NCBI GenBank assembly: GCA_963724295.1
Contig: CAVRUC010000002.1
Coordinates: forward strand, 352,001 to 416,000
Reading direction: 5' to 3'
DNA from: an uncultured Chloroflexia bacterium
GTDB lineage: Bacteria > Chloroflexota > Chloroflexia > Thermomicrobiales > UBA6265
DNA length: 64,000 nucleotides
Each line of letters starts with the position of its first letter. Position 1 is the first letter of the stretch. Position numbers and translations under genes: made by a program. Below are positions 12,306 to 23,106 of the stretch, in pieces. The notes beneath the pieces are model-generated. The model saw only the letters and a list, made by a program, of their open reading frames with translations, was not told the origin of the DNA and did no database searches.

Positions 12306-12686
12306 ATGGAGATGGCATCGGAGACGACGTTCGCGACGATGCAGGAGCGACTGGGCGGGGCGGCGGCCCTCGCCGGCATCGTCGAGACCTTCTATGCCTT
12401 AGCCCTGGCCGATCCCGCGCTCGCGCCGGTATTCGCCCGCGTCGACCTGGATGCCCTGCGGCGCCATCAGGCGCAGTTTCTCGGCTTCGTGCTGGCCACC
12501 GATGATCCCGCGATCGGGGCCCGCATGCGCCATGCTCACGCCGGCCTGGAGATCACCCCCCGCCAGTTCACTGCCATGGCCCAGCATCTCACGACAGCGC
12601 TGGTTCGCGCCGGTATCTCAGCGCGATTGGTGCGCGAGATTGCCGGGCACGTCGATCGGCTGAGCGATGACATCGTTGGACGCTGA
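12306..12686 (+). CDS. Group 1 truncated hemoglobin
   Basis: ERLGG..., VETFY, DPALAPVF, HQAQFL, MRHAHAGL, ITPRQF motifs typical of 2/2 globins. Confidence 0.85.
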   Translation: MEMASETTFATMQERLGGAAALAGIVETFYALALADPALAPVFARVDLDALRRHQAQFLGFVLATDDPAIGARMRHAHAGLEITPRQFTAMAQHLTTALVRAGISARLVREIAGHVDRLSDDIVGR

Positions 12687-12873
12687 TCCGGCTGGCGAGG
12701 GAACTTCGTTGAGCAGCTCAGCCCGTTGCCTGTTCACGTGGCCATGCACATCATCGCACATGTCTGGAAGCGGCCAGGCGCCGCCGCCACATTGACAGCC
12801 CCCTAAAGCCCACGCACAATGTCGGCTCCGGGTTCCATCTGTCACTGCTGGTCGCTCGGCGACAGGGCGCGTC

Positions 12874-15211
12874 ATGACACTCCATGGGCTCCAGGTCCCG
12901 CCACTTCCTCACCCCCTGACCTTGCTGGTGGGTCGCGAGCGGGATGTCACCGACGTCATCACAGCGTTGACCCAGGATGGTGTGCGGCTCATCACGCTCA
13001 CGGGAGCTGGGGGCGTCGGCAAGTCGCGCGTTGCCCTCGAAGTCGCCCACCAGATCGGGTCATTCTTTTCCGACCGGGTCTTCCTCATCGACTTCGCTGC
13101 GGTCGGCGATCCCGACCTTGCTCGCGCCCACCGTCGCGGTTGCGGTTGGACTCCCTCCACCAACCGACGGATCGTCACTGATGCGGCTCAAACTGCTGAT
13201 CGGCGAGGAACGCGCATTGATCGTGGTCGACAACGCCGATCGCGTCGCGGCCAACGCCTCGCCGCTCAGCGAGCTGCTTGGCGCCTGTCCTCAGTTGGCC
13301 ATGCTGGCGACCAGCCGTAGCCGGCTGCGACTTCACGGTGAGGTGGTGCGTCAAATCTTGCCGCTCCCCGTTCCCCAACCAGGCGACGGGGTCATGGTAG
13401 AGAGCGCCAACGCCCTTCCCGCGGTACGGATGTTTGTCGAGCGGGGCCGAGAGGTCGATCATCGATTTGCCCTGACGGCCGAAAATGTCGGCGATGTCTC
13501 CGACATCGTGCGCCGTCTTGACGGTCTCCCACTGGCGATCGAGTTGGCGGCGGCGCGGCTCGATCTGCTTTCGCCGGCCGCGCTGCTGGCTCGTCTCCAG
13601 CAGCGACTTCCGCTCCTGACCGGAGGCGCTCAGGACCTACCGAGCCGGCTCCGGACCATGCATGACGCCATCGCCTGGAGCTATGACCTCCTGGAGCCCG
13701 ACGAGCGGGAGGTGTTTGAGCGACTGGCCCTGTTCGCTGACAGCATCCCCCTTGCCGGCGCCGTCGTCATCTGCGGCGATGGCGATGAGCTCGCCGTCCT
13801 GGCGCTCCTGGCCAGCCTGGCGGACAAGAGCTTGCTCATTCGGGATCCAGCGGCGACGGGAGAGCCGCGGTTCCGCATGCTGCCGACGATCCGGGAATTC
13901 GCTCTCGAACAATTACGACGCAATGGTGCCGAGGACGGGGCCATGGGTCGCTTGGCGTCATGGTGTCTGGACGTTGCTGAGGCGGCGGCCGCGATGCGGC
14001 AGAAGACGAGTGGGACGCCGCAGCTCATCGCGCAATTAGATCTCGAGCTGGACACGTTTCGGGATGTGCTGGCCTGGCTGGAGCAACAGGGCAGGGCAGA
14101 AGAGTTCCTGCGCCTGGCCGCCGCCCTCGGATGGTTCTGGCTGCATCGCAGCTACCGCTCCGAAGGACGTCGCTGGCTCGAATCAGCCATCGCCCAGGGA
14201 ATCGAGGCAGGGATCCGGACCGTAGTCCTGGCCCGTGCCTACGACGGCGCCGGCGTTCTTGCCTTCGCTCAGGGTGACTATGACCGGGCGAGCGCGCTGA
14301 TCGGCAACGAGTTGGCGTTGAGCCGGGAGTTGGGCGATGGGTGGGGCATTGCCGGCGCGTTGAACTTGCTCGGCGCCGTCGATCGTGCCCGCGAAGACTT
14401 TGTCGCGGCCGATGCCCACTTCACCGAGACCTTGACGCGCTTTGAAGAACTGGGTGATCCCGGCTGGATCGCCCTCGCCACGCTCAATCTTGGCACTGTT
14501 GCCTACTGGCGACACGATCCCGAGCGGGCGAACGCCTTGATGCACGAGGCGCTCGCCCGCTACCGGATCCTGGACGACGCCTACGGGATGGCGATCACCC
14601 TCAGCGACCTGGGCCGCACGCTCGCCGACTACGGAGATGTCGCCGCCGCCGCCAGGCACTTTCAGGAGAGTCTCGAGCAATGGCAGCGCATTGGTACGAA
14701 GGAGGGCCTCATCGACTGGCTGACCCGGGTTGCCACGCTTGCTTCCCACCGCGGTGAGGCGGAGCTGGCTATCCGCCTGTTCAGCGCCGCGGAGACGCTG
14801 CGCATGCTGATCGGGTACGCCTTCGACCATTCAGAGCGGACGCGGCAGCGTCACGCCCTGGAGGCGGCCCGGTTGGCGCTGGGTGAGGAGCGGTCGGCGG
14901 ACGCCTGGGCAAGTGGTCGGGAGCTAGACTTCGATGCCGCCCTCGCTGAAGCAACCGCCTTTCTCATCACCTGTGAGGCAGTAGCGACTTCCCCGGCTGC
15001 CGACTCACAGACTGCTCCCGCGGGACTGACGCCGCGAGAAATGGACGTCCTGCGGCTGCTCGTTGAGGGGCAATCCGACCGCAAAATTGGTGATCAGCTC
15101 TTCATCAGCCATCGCACGGTGATGCGGCACGTCGAGAACATTCTCGGCAAGCTGGAGGTTGAGTCGCGCACTGCCGCCGCAATGTTGGCGGTCCGAGAGG
15201 GGTTCATCTAG
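12874..15211 (+). CDS. ATPase-TPR-LuxR transcriptional regulator (frameshift near 13120)
   Basis: LVGRERD, Walker A TGAGGVGKS, VVDNAD, LATSR, LDGLPLAIELAAAR, TPR-like helices, C-terminal LTPREMDVL...ISHRTV HTH. Confidence 0.88.
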
Positions 15212-15244
15212 ATCTGAGCGTCAGTTGTGCCTACGCTGATTGGT

Positions 15245-15667
15245 TCACTCAGACAAGAAAAGGCTGTGGCCGCCGTCGACAAGCAGTGACTGCCCGGTCG
15301 TGAACTCGCTCTCCGGCAGGCAGAAGAAGCGCACCGCGGCGGCGATGTCCTCGGACCGGCCCAGCCGTCCCGCGGGGATGCTGCGCAGGGCGCCGGCCCA
15401 GGCCTGGGGCTGCGGCGCCGCGCCGGGACGCTCGGCGATGGCGCCGGGGATGACGCAGTTGACGCTGACACCATACGGCGCCAGCTCATAGGCGCAGTTC
15501 CGGGTCATGACCTCGATCGCACCCTTGGCGCTGTCATAGACCGCGGCATCCTTGTGGGCCGCGTGCCCCCCGATCGTGCTGATGTTGACGATGCGCCCGC
15601 CGCCACCCCGCGCGATCATGTGTCGCGCGGCGTGCTGGGCCAGTACGAACGGCGAGCGCAGGTTGAC
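15245..15667 (-). pseudogene. 3' half of SDR oxidoreductase interrupted by an integrated element
   Basis: VNLRSPF...GRIVNISTIG...YDSAK (YxxxK)...TTGQSLLVDGG; continues the 5' half at 30312-30664. Confidence 0.9.
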
Positions 15668-16019
15668 CTTCTTCCGTACACAATGCACCCCTTGTGACCC
15701 TCTCGATCCGTAAGGGCGGGGAGTGGGAGGTCGCGGTCTGATCGGGCTCCGCTTCACCGCCGACAATGCGGCGCGGGAAATCGCGACCGGACCCGGAGTC
15801 TGTCCACGGCTTATGGTGTCGACGAACGTGGTGGCTTCGGTCACCCCTTGTTCATGCCCATTCAGATATGCCTCCGCAGCCCGCCTCGGCGCCCCGTCGC
15901 GCCACTGGCCTTGCCGCGACGTGGGAATCACGTCCGCACCAAGAGCCGGGAAGCCACCTGGCGCAGCGCAAGTCGTGGCCATAGTGCGCGCTGTGCCGTG
16001 CCATCACCCCATCCCTGGG

Positions 16020-16877
16020 TCAAGGAATCTGGAATAGGTGTACCGACTGATCCTTCGCCGTGCAGCGCTTGGGTGTGCCCCTCTTCCGTTTGTCCGAGAC
16101 GACGACGAACTGGTCGGAGGCCATCCACGAGATCCCCTCCGCATGACAGTAGGTCGTCTCCCCCTTCGCATCGCGCGGCAAATCCCACACCATGCCGGCA
16201 TCGACAAACTCCCAATTGGTCGGATCAAGGGTCCCGAGCCAGACCTGTGAGGATTGTTGCGACAGCACCGCCACCTGGCCATCTCTGATGTCGAGACTGG
16301 CGTAGTCGGTGAAACGCACCACCTTCGGCAGCTTGATCGTGTGCACGTGCTGCCATCCCTGCGTGCCGCGTTGAAAAACCTGAATTCTCCCGTGGCCCTG
16401 TTGTTTGCCTGCCGGTCCTCCCTGGCAGCGATTGCCTTCACATAGCGCAAGCACGTAGTCGTGTCCCGCGCGGTGGATCACGGTCAACCCCTCGAATCCC
16501 TTGTTGTCACTGGCAAACGCGAAGGGTAAGCGGTGTCGCTCGAGCGGGACGAATTGGTGGTCGTATTCCACCAGCTCCGCGTGATACGTGTCTGCCGTGA
16601 CGCGAACCGCCTCGATCAATCCGTAGAAGCGCTGGTGTCGTGCGCAATACGTGAGATCTTCGAGGCCGGCCACAGCGTCTCGCTCGCCCAGCCACCCGTT
16701 TCCGTCGCTTGGAAGGCACGACGCCGCGACGCGGGCTACCTGCCCCAGGTTGTCGAAAATGATGATGAAGTGGCTGTCCTGGGCGACGACGCCGCTCGCC
16801 TCGAGCCGGCGATTGGCGCTGCATTCCGGAAGGAGTGCTTGCAGTTTGGTTTCCCGGATCAGCTCCAATGTCTGCAT
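16020..16877 (-). CDS. Hypothetical protein, probable beta-propeller (SdiA-regulated/YjiK-like)
   Basis: GGAGGAG RBS before MQTLEL; repeated EASGV / LEDLTY / NKGFEGL / HAEGISW...VVVSD blade-like motifs. Confidence 0.7.
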   Translation of the reverse strand: MQTLELIRETKLQALLPECSANRRLEASGVVAQDSHFIIIFDNLGQVARVAASCLPSDGNGWLGERDAVAGLEDLTYCARHQRFYGLIEAVRVTADTYHAELVEYDHQFVPLERHRLPFAFASDNKGFEGLTVIHRAGHDYVLALCEGNRCQGGPAGKQQGHGRIQVFQRGTQGWQHVHTIKLPKVVRFTDYASLDIRDGQVAVLSQQSSQVWLGTLDPTNWEFVDAGMVWDLPRDAKGETTYCHAEGISWMASDQFVVVSDKRKRGTPKRCTAKDQSVHLFQIP

Positions 16878-17189
16878 GCCCGCTCCTCCGGCCAGGGGAT
16901 CGCTTCGTGACCATGCCCCGACCAGGCTGAAGTCCTCCAGAGGCGCGTGCGGCGCGTGCACCGGCGGTGGCGGCCATACACCAGGACGGTGCCGGGTCGC
17001 CATTGTCGCTTGTTCGGGAACGGCTAAGGTGCAGCATAACGACCGTTCGACCCAATGTAAACGCCCCAAGAGCGTGCGAGGACAGCATCCGACGTGTCAC
17101 GTGCTGGCACCGCGGCCCTATCCTCGCCCCATGGACAGGATCGCGCTCTCGCAGGAAGGATCTTCGCCGCAAGCCGTTGGTCTTTGCCC

Positions 17190-17378
17190 TCAGCGGTGGA
17201 GCCGGCGAGCCGCTCCCTGTTTCACGGTCGACGGTGGGAGCGGCGGGACGGTCGGGGCCGGCGCTTGCGGCACCTCCACGCCGAAGTCGAATCCGCAACG
17301 ACGGCAGGTATACCGGTTGCTGGACAAAGGGACGAGGGTTTTCTGGTGACCGAACAGCAGACAGCGCAGATTGGCCAT
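17190..17378 (-). CDS. Small Cys/His protein (DUF1660-like: C-x-LFGH...CxRCG)
   Basis: MANLRCLLFGHQK...YTCRRCG with purine-rich RBS. Confidence 0.55.
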   Translation of the reverse strand: MANLRCLLFGHQKTLVPLSSNRYTCRRCGFDFGVEVPQAPAPTVPPLPPSTVKQGAARRLHR

Positions 17379-17785
17379 AACCGCCCCCCTTTGAGACTTC
17401 TCACTCTAGGGGGCAACTGGGGTTCCCGGAATCCTCCTACCAGCGCCGGCAGTCATGTTTTCAGAGAGAGCCCTGGTAAATTGAGTCAGAGGCATCCGCC
17501 ACCAGCCGCGGTCATGACCACGCCCGACCATGGCGGCACCGACGTCGGCCGGCGCACGAGCGCCCTCAGGGGTAGCAGCGCCACGACGCCAGCGAAGAGC
17601 AGCAGCGGCGCGGGCAAGATCCCGTTCGTCAGCGTGACGGTATCAGACAGCCGGCGATTCTGTCGTCTCGGAGCTGATCATGCGGCTCGTGGGCGCACCC
17701 GTTGCACGTGACGCGGCGCCAGGGCCGAAACGGCGGCGCGCTTCCTGCGTTGGAGCAATCACCTCGGAGCGGGGCGGATCCGCTG

Positions 17786-17820
17786 ACGGAGCGCTCGTGC
17801 TCCGAGCACGAGCGCTCCGT
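17786..17820. repeat. Perfect 17-bp inverted repeat
   Basis: ACGGAGCGCTCGTGCTC-C-GAGCACGAGCGCTCCGT. Confidence 0.9.
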
Positions 17821-18132
17821 GGGGGTGGCTGGCCCCCCCGCAGCAGCGCTCTCATCATGGCATGGGGTGTGCATCACCGGGCGCTGAGTGCGCACGACAC
17901 GAGCCCGACCACGGAGGCCGGGCTCGTGCGGGAAGGAGGGAGGGTGTCGCGGGATGAAACAACGACGCCCTCCCGCCGACCACTCTAGCAGGGCGGCGCC
18001 AGTCGACCTGGTCTCGCCGGGACGCAGTCGATCAGCCGCGAGGATGGCGGCACTGCATTTAACGGCGGGATAACTCCATTGCCTGCTCTTAAGACCGTGT
18101 GTCCGCCGTCGAGGCTGGGCTCTCGCCGGGTC

Positions 18133-18426
18133 TCAGACCTCGGCGGCAATCTCGTAGAGCGTGATCTCCGGCGGCTGGCCAGGGTTGCTCGCCCCGAGGG
18201 TGGCCCGGAACTCCTCCAAGAGCGGATTGAGGACGGCGGCATCCGGCTCCTGGTCGAAGACCGTCACGCCGGCGATCGCTCCCGTGGCCCGATCGATCCC
18301 GAAGTAGGCGTGGCGGAAGCCGGGCTGCGCACGCATCTTCTCCGGCCAGAAGGCCTCCCACTTCCGGGCCACCTCGTCGGCCTGACCCGGCGCTGGTTGA
18401 GCGCGCACGATTCGCATGTACATCAC
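18133..18426 (-). CDS. ABM-like (dimeric alpha-beta barrel) protein
   Basis: AAGGAGG RBS; MRIVR...PGQADE...AQPGFRHAYF pattern, 97 aa. Confidence 0.75.
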   Translation of the reverse strand: MMYMRIVRAQPAPGQADEVARKWEAFWPEKMRAQPGFRHAYFGIDRATGAIAGVTVFDQEPDAAVLNPLLEEFRATLGASNPGQPPEITLYEIAAEV

Positions 18427-18552
18427 GATTCCTCCTTGATCAACCCGTTCGGATCGTCAACACGACGAACCCGGTAAAGGTGGCGTGGACCACCTCCTCG
18501 CCTTGGAGCGGAAGCTCTCGGCGAGGCGCACCTGCTCCAGTTCGACATCCGA

Positions 18553-18843
18553 CTAGCGGGTGGCGTTGAGCAGGACCTCGCCGGTGGTGACCTCGGGATT
18601 CCCCAGCGCGGCGCGGGACTCCAGGTTCTGTTGCACCCAGTTGGCGGCGCGGCTCATCGACTCGGTCGTGCCAGCCTCATCCTCGGTGATGGTGATAGTC
18701 GCCACGCCATCACCGGTTTCGAGGAAGTAGTAGGCGACGAACCCAGGTGTGCCACGCATCGTTTGCTCGAGGTTCTGCAGCTTCGGTCGCGCTTCGGTGA
18801 CGACGTCAGGCGAGGCGGTGTACTTGCGCACGACAGCGTGCAT
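18553..18843 (-). CDS. ABM-like (dimeric alpha-beta barrel) protein
   Basis: AGGAGG RBS before MHAVVRKY; TPGFVAYY, ESMSRAANWV, PEVTTGEV. Confidence 0.75.
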   Translation of the reverse strand: MHAVVRKYTASPDVVTEARPKLQNLEQTMRGTPGFVAYYFLETGDGVATITITEDEAGTTESMSRAANWVQQNLESRAALGNPEVTTGEVLLNATR

Positions 18844-19131
18844 GTTGATCCTCCTGAGGCTCCGTTGCCTCATCGTCTCCCTGCGACCCGACCAGAAGCA
18901 GAGGAAGCCCGGCCAAGCCGAAACGGCCCCAGCCGGGTTCGCCATTCGCTCCCCCCGCTACCATGGCGACCAGCTGGGCAGCAGAGATCATCGTGTCTGA
19001 GGCAGGCTCATCATACGCCGCGATGGGCGGATGTCAATCGGCAGTGACAAGCGGCCATGAGTCGCAAACGAGGCCAGCAACGACTTTGCCGGGCTCGTCA
19101 TCATCGCTGCGGGCCTGACCTGGCGCTCCGG

Positions 19132-19905
19132 TCAGCCCGCGGCGGTCTCTACCACCACCGGGGCGAACTTCATCACCCCGTTCCCACCCGACAGCGCCAC
19201 CATCAGGGTTTGCTGGATGGTGTAGGAGACTACCTGATCGAGATCGGCCAGGAACGGGGTCATCAGTGAGCCGGGCGGGCACGCCATCGTGGTGACCCCC
19301 CCGATCTGTAGGTCGAGCTGCGATCCGGTGAGGGTGTAGTTGCCTGTCGCGTGATTGCAGTCCGCCTGGATGGCCAACGTGTTGTCCGGCAGGAATTCGA
19401 TCGTGTACTGACTCGGGTCATCCGGACGCATGGTGACCTCGCCGCTGTTGCTGAGGGTGTCCTGCCACTGCCACACCACCCCGGGCAAGACCGGCTGCAG
19501 CTGAACCACGCCATCCTCTCCCCGCAGTAGAAGCCCCCCCACTTCCGGGTCGAACCGGTAGGAGGTGGCCTGCTCCAGTAGGCGCTGGAAGGTCGCACCG
19601 TGCGAGTCCGGCGGGCAGATCGCGGTGGTGACCGCCAGCGGCGTCAGGGTCAGGACACCCTCAGCTGCGGTGTAGCCGCCGCTTCCCTGGTTGCAATCGA
19701 GCCGGGTCAGGAGACGGCCATCGGGCAAGAACTGCACGGTGTAGCGCGAAGGATCGGCGAACATCACCGGCGCGCTATCCGGTTCGCTGAAACTCACCAT
19801 CTCCCAGATCACCGGAGGGATAGCGGTCGCGTCTGGGACCGCAGGGGCCTGGGCGGCGAGTAGGCCCGGGATGAGGAGGATGACGATCGCACGGGCGAGG
19901 GACAT
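19132..19905 (-). CDS. Secreted protein with two META (HslJ-like) domains
   Basis: Signal peptide MSLARAIVILLIPGLLAAQ; two repeats of YT(V/I)xFLPD...DCN...T(M)ACPP. Confidence 0.82.
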   Translation of the reverse strand: MSLARAIVILLIPGLLAAQAPAVPDATAIPPVIWEMVSFSEPDSAPVMFADPSRYTVQFLPDGRLLTRLDCNQGSGGYTAAEGVLTLTPLAVTTAICPPDSHGATFQRLLEQATSYRFDPEVGGLLLRGEDGVVQLQPVLPGVVWQWQDTLSNSGEVTMRPDDPSQYTIEFLPDNTLAIQADCNHATGNYTLTGSQLDLQIGGVTTMACPPGSLMTPFLADLDQVVSYTIQQTLMVALSGGNGVMKFAPVVVETAAG

Positions 19906-20297
19906 CACGGCGAGGGCCTCCCTGGGACTGACGAGGGACGACGACCCGGCTGGCTGATGACCCCCGTACTCTACTCCGGTAGTGCGGGTTGGCGGGCATG
20001 GCGATGACGATGCGAACGCGGACCCGAGCGTCTCCCCCCGCATCGCAGCGGCGTCGCCGGACGGGTCCTCAAGGACCTGGAGCGACACCACCGGCGCAGC
20101 GTTCAGGCATGTCCCCAGCGAGCCCTCCGCATCGACCGACGCGGTCTGCCCGGTCGCGACGCGTGCCACGAGGACGCCGTGCCCGGTTAGGTTCGTCCTG
20201 GGCGAAACCGCCTGGATCGGCCGCACGTTGTCGACTCATACCTGATGCAGTGCGGATGATGACAGGGCCCGGTGGCACCGGGGAAGGAGTAGTGGCC

Positions 20298-20705
20298 GTG
20301 ACGAGACGTGTCCTCTGGGCCGGTGTGCTGGCGCTGCTGTTGCTGAGCGGTCCCAGTGCCGTGGCGGGATCCCGGGCGCAGACGGTCGGCAGCATGCCGT
20401 CGTTCGTCTGGACGTTGATCGATTTTCCCGGCGTGGGCGCCATTGCCGCGCCGCTCTACACCGTGCAGTTCCTGCCGGACGGCACGGTTGACATCGGGGC
20501 CGACTGCAATCGAGCGGGAGGCACCTGGAGTGGGGGGGACGGTGCGCTTTCGATCGCGGTGACCACCTCGACGCGGGCCTACTGCCCGCCCCCGTCGCTC
20601 TCGGAGCCGTACCTCGCCGCCCTCAACGGCGTGACGGGCTACACCCTGCTGGGAACGACCCTGGTGCTGCACGGTGCGGCCGGAGACATGACCTTCACCG
20701 TCTAA
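20298..20705 (+). CDS. Secreted single META domain protein
   Basis: AAGGAG RBS, signal peptide, YTVQFLPDG...ADCNR...TRAYCPPPSL; paralog of the divergent gene. Confidence 0.8.
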   Translation: MTRRVLWAGVLALLLLSGPSAVAGSRAQTVGSMPSFVWTLIDFPGVGAIAAPLYTVQFLPDGTVDIGADCNRAGGTWSGGDGALSIAVTTSTRAYCPPPSLSEPYLAALNGVTGYTLLGTTLVLHGAAGDMTFTV

Positions 20706-21156
20706 GACCGGGGGCCGGAGAGGATCGCGGCGCGCTCGCGGAACAGATCCGATCGGCATTGCGGCAGGTCCGTGCTGAGATGAAACGCGAACGCAGGCAG
20801 GACCGCTGGCGTTGTCCGAGGTGCCGCGACGAGCGACCGCTGGTCGTCCGCATTGCCGATTGAAAGTCGGGACCGACGCCGGACCCTCGTCTTCCGTACA
20901 GACCCAAATGACGCGTCCGTTTTGTCAAGTGTGATGCCTCGCGGGGCACTCGCGGTCGATTGATTCCACGGCCTGAGCACACCGGGGCGAGCGCCGCTCC
21001 CCATCAGCGTCCGAGATTTGGCCCGGATATGGGCCGATTCGGCCCATCCCGCCACGACCCGCGGGCGCGACACTGGGACGAAACAGGATTATGTCGATGC
21101 ACGGCCAGGGCCACCGCAGCAGGTGGACCGGTCGCAGGAAGGTGGGGGAGATCGTC

Positions 21157-21888
21157 GTGGCGGAGCAGGATGGGGCGGCGGAGCAGGAGCCGATCGGCGC
21201 GACGATCCGGGTGGTGCTGGTCGACGACCACCTCGCGTTTCGGCAGCCCCTGGCCTTCATGCTGCTGCGGGAGCCGGACATCACCGTCATCGGCCAAGCC
21301 GGCACGGTGGCCGAGGCGCGCCCCCTGCTGGCCTTGGCCGACATCGCCCTCATCGACCTGCACCTGCCGGACGGGGAAGGGGTTTAGCTGCTCCACGAAC
21401 TGCGCTCCGTCAATCCCCAGGCCACCGCCTTGGTGCTCACCGGCAACGCCAGCACCGAGGCGATGGCCCGTGCGGTGGAGGCCGGAGCGGCCGGCGTGCT
21501 CCACAAGACCCGTCCGGTCAGCGAGGTCGTGGCGGCCATCCGCCGCCTGCACGCGGGGGAATCGTTGGTGTCGGTGCGCGAGAGCATCGAGCTGCTGCGC
21601 ATCAGCCATCGGCAGCGGGAACAGGACCGTGCCGTTCACGCGACGATCGACCGGCTGACCCCGCGGGAACGGGACGTGCTGCACGCCCTGGCACTGGGGC
21701 TGTCCGATCACGACATGGCCGAGCACCTCTTCGTGTGCACCGAAACGGTGCGCACCCATATGGTCAATGTGCTGCGCAAGCTCGAGGTCGACTCCCGTCT
21801 CAAAGCCCTGGTCTTCGCCGTGCGGCACCACCTGGTGAGCCTCGATGCCCCTGGCCCGGGCGCACCGGTGTACCGGTCGGCGGTCTAA
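21157..21888 (+). pseudogene. NarL/FixJ-family response regulator with in-frame TAG at 21385-21387
   Basis: IRVVLVDDH...ALIDLHLPDGEGV*LLHELR...VLTG...LTPRERDVL...TVRTHM; same frame on both sides of the stop. Confidence 0.8.
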
Positions 21889-22252
21889 CGCCCAACCGCC
21901 GCGTACCCCTGTCTCCATCGTCCTTGTGCAACTTCGAGCAGCATGGGCAGCACCGCGGTTCGTCTGCCGTGTCGCCCTCCAAGGAAAATCCGTCATCAAC
22001 GCGATTGACATCCTGCCCATTCGCCGTCCCTTGTGGAAGACCATGCTCTTCAGCACCATCATGAGCCTGGTTCCTATCATCGGAACCAGTTGCGCGGTGC
22101 TCTACGTCCACACCCGATTCGATCCCAGGAGCTTCAACGCCAGCGTGGCACTGCAAAGCTTCGGCCTGCTGATCATGTCGTGGATCGTCTGCGGCGGTGC
22201 CGTGCTTGGCGCGATCTACGTCCTTGGTCAGGTCACCGGAAGCGGATCATGA
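21845..22252 (+). CDS. Hypothetical membrane protein (true start likely downstream)
   Basis: Two hydrophobic segments; stop overlaps the next ATG (ATGA). Confidence 0.35.
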   Translation: MPLARAHRCTGRRSNAQPPRTPVSIVLVQLRAAWAAPRFVCRVALQGKSVINAIDILPIRRPLWKTMLFSTIMSLVPIIGTSCAVLYVHTRFDPRSFNASVALQSFGLLIMSWIVCGGAVLGAIYVLGQVTGSGS

Positions 22253-22494
22253 GACCAGTGATGGACGTGGAGTGCCCCTGCCGGCAGTGCCGGTGCCTCT
22301 TCCAGCCCACGCTGGAGAGCCTGTCGCGCGGCTCGCCGTATTGGTGGTACTGCCCCGCCTGCCAGGACCAGCAGTGCGGGGTGGCGCCGCCGCATGCGCT
22401 GCGCATCCAACTCACCGTGGCCCTAGGCCGGGCGTGGAGGACGACGTTGAACGTGGGCTCCTCCGACGACCGCGAGCATCAGGAAGATCCGTAA
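22249..22494 (+). CDS. Small zinc-ribbon-like protein
   Basis: CRQC...F.P...WWYCPAC pattern; ATGA coupling to the upstream ORF. Confidence 0.45.
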   Translation: MRPVMDVECPCRQCRCLFQPTLESLSRGSPYWWYCPACQDQQCGVAPPHALRIQLTVALGRAWRTTLNVGSSDDREHQEDP

Positions 22495-22740
22495 ACGGTG
22501 AGGCGCGACCGCAACACCGCATCTGGCGAACGATGGAGCTGGCGGCGATGATGAGCCCGGTGATCCACTCGGGCTTCGACCAGGTGACGCCGTTGTCAAA
22601 CACCCACCCAAGCGCCTGGCTTGACATCCTCGCTCCTCCTCATCAGACCGGCCAATTCGACCGCGAAACCGGTCTACTCGTCGTGGATGATCACGTGCGC
22701 CTGTCAGAGGTGGCGCTGGTGGCGAGCCACACGCCGCTGA

Positions 22741-23040
22741 TCACGTGGCGGGCGACTGCTCGAGCGGTTTCAGGCTCTGGCACGCGATCTCCACATAGAG
22801 TCCACGGCCGTCCACAACGCGGCAGACGTGGCCGCCGTCGTAGACCATGAGCACGACCGAGGTGCCCTTGGCCAGTTCGCCATCCGGGACCGCGGCTCCT
22901 TCCAGAGTGGTGTATGAGAATGGTTGATCGCTGGTCAGGGTGTGGGTGAACGTGTTCGGCGCAGGCACGATGAGATTGCGGTCGGGCACCACGGCGTTCT
23001 CAGGTAAGACCGTGCTCGGAGGCCTGAGAAACCCTTCCAT
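22741..23040 (-). CDS. Conserved hypothetical protein downstream of the metallopeptidase
   Basis: GAGGAGG RBS; globular 99-aa ORF (PAPNTFTH...DGELAKGTSVVL...CRVVDGRGLYVE). Confidence 0.65.
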   Translation of the reverse strand: MEGFLRPPSTVLPENAVVPDRNLIVPAPNTFTHTLTSDQPFSYTTLEGAAVPDGELAKGTSVVLMVYDGGHVCRVVDGRGLYVEIACQSLKPLEQSPAT

Positions 23041-23106
23041 CGCCGTGGCGCCCTCCTCGTTGATCCGTCCGCATTAGAGAGCAGGCATCGGTTCTCCGAC
23101 GGCAGC

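Noticed and set aside
17485..17645. Hydrophobic reading-frame fragment on the minus strand
   Set aside because: No start, RBS or recognisable family; at most a gene remnant.
21385..21387. In-frame TAG in the response regulator as pyrrolysine or readthrough
   Set aside because: Non-catalytic position best explained by CAG/GAG to TAG; no pyl genes or supporting signal seen.
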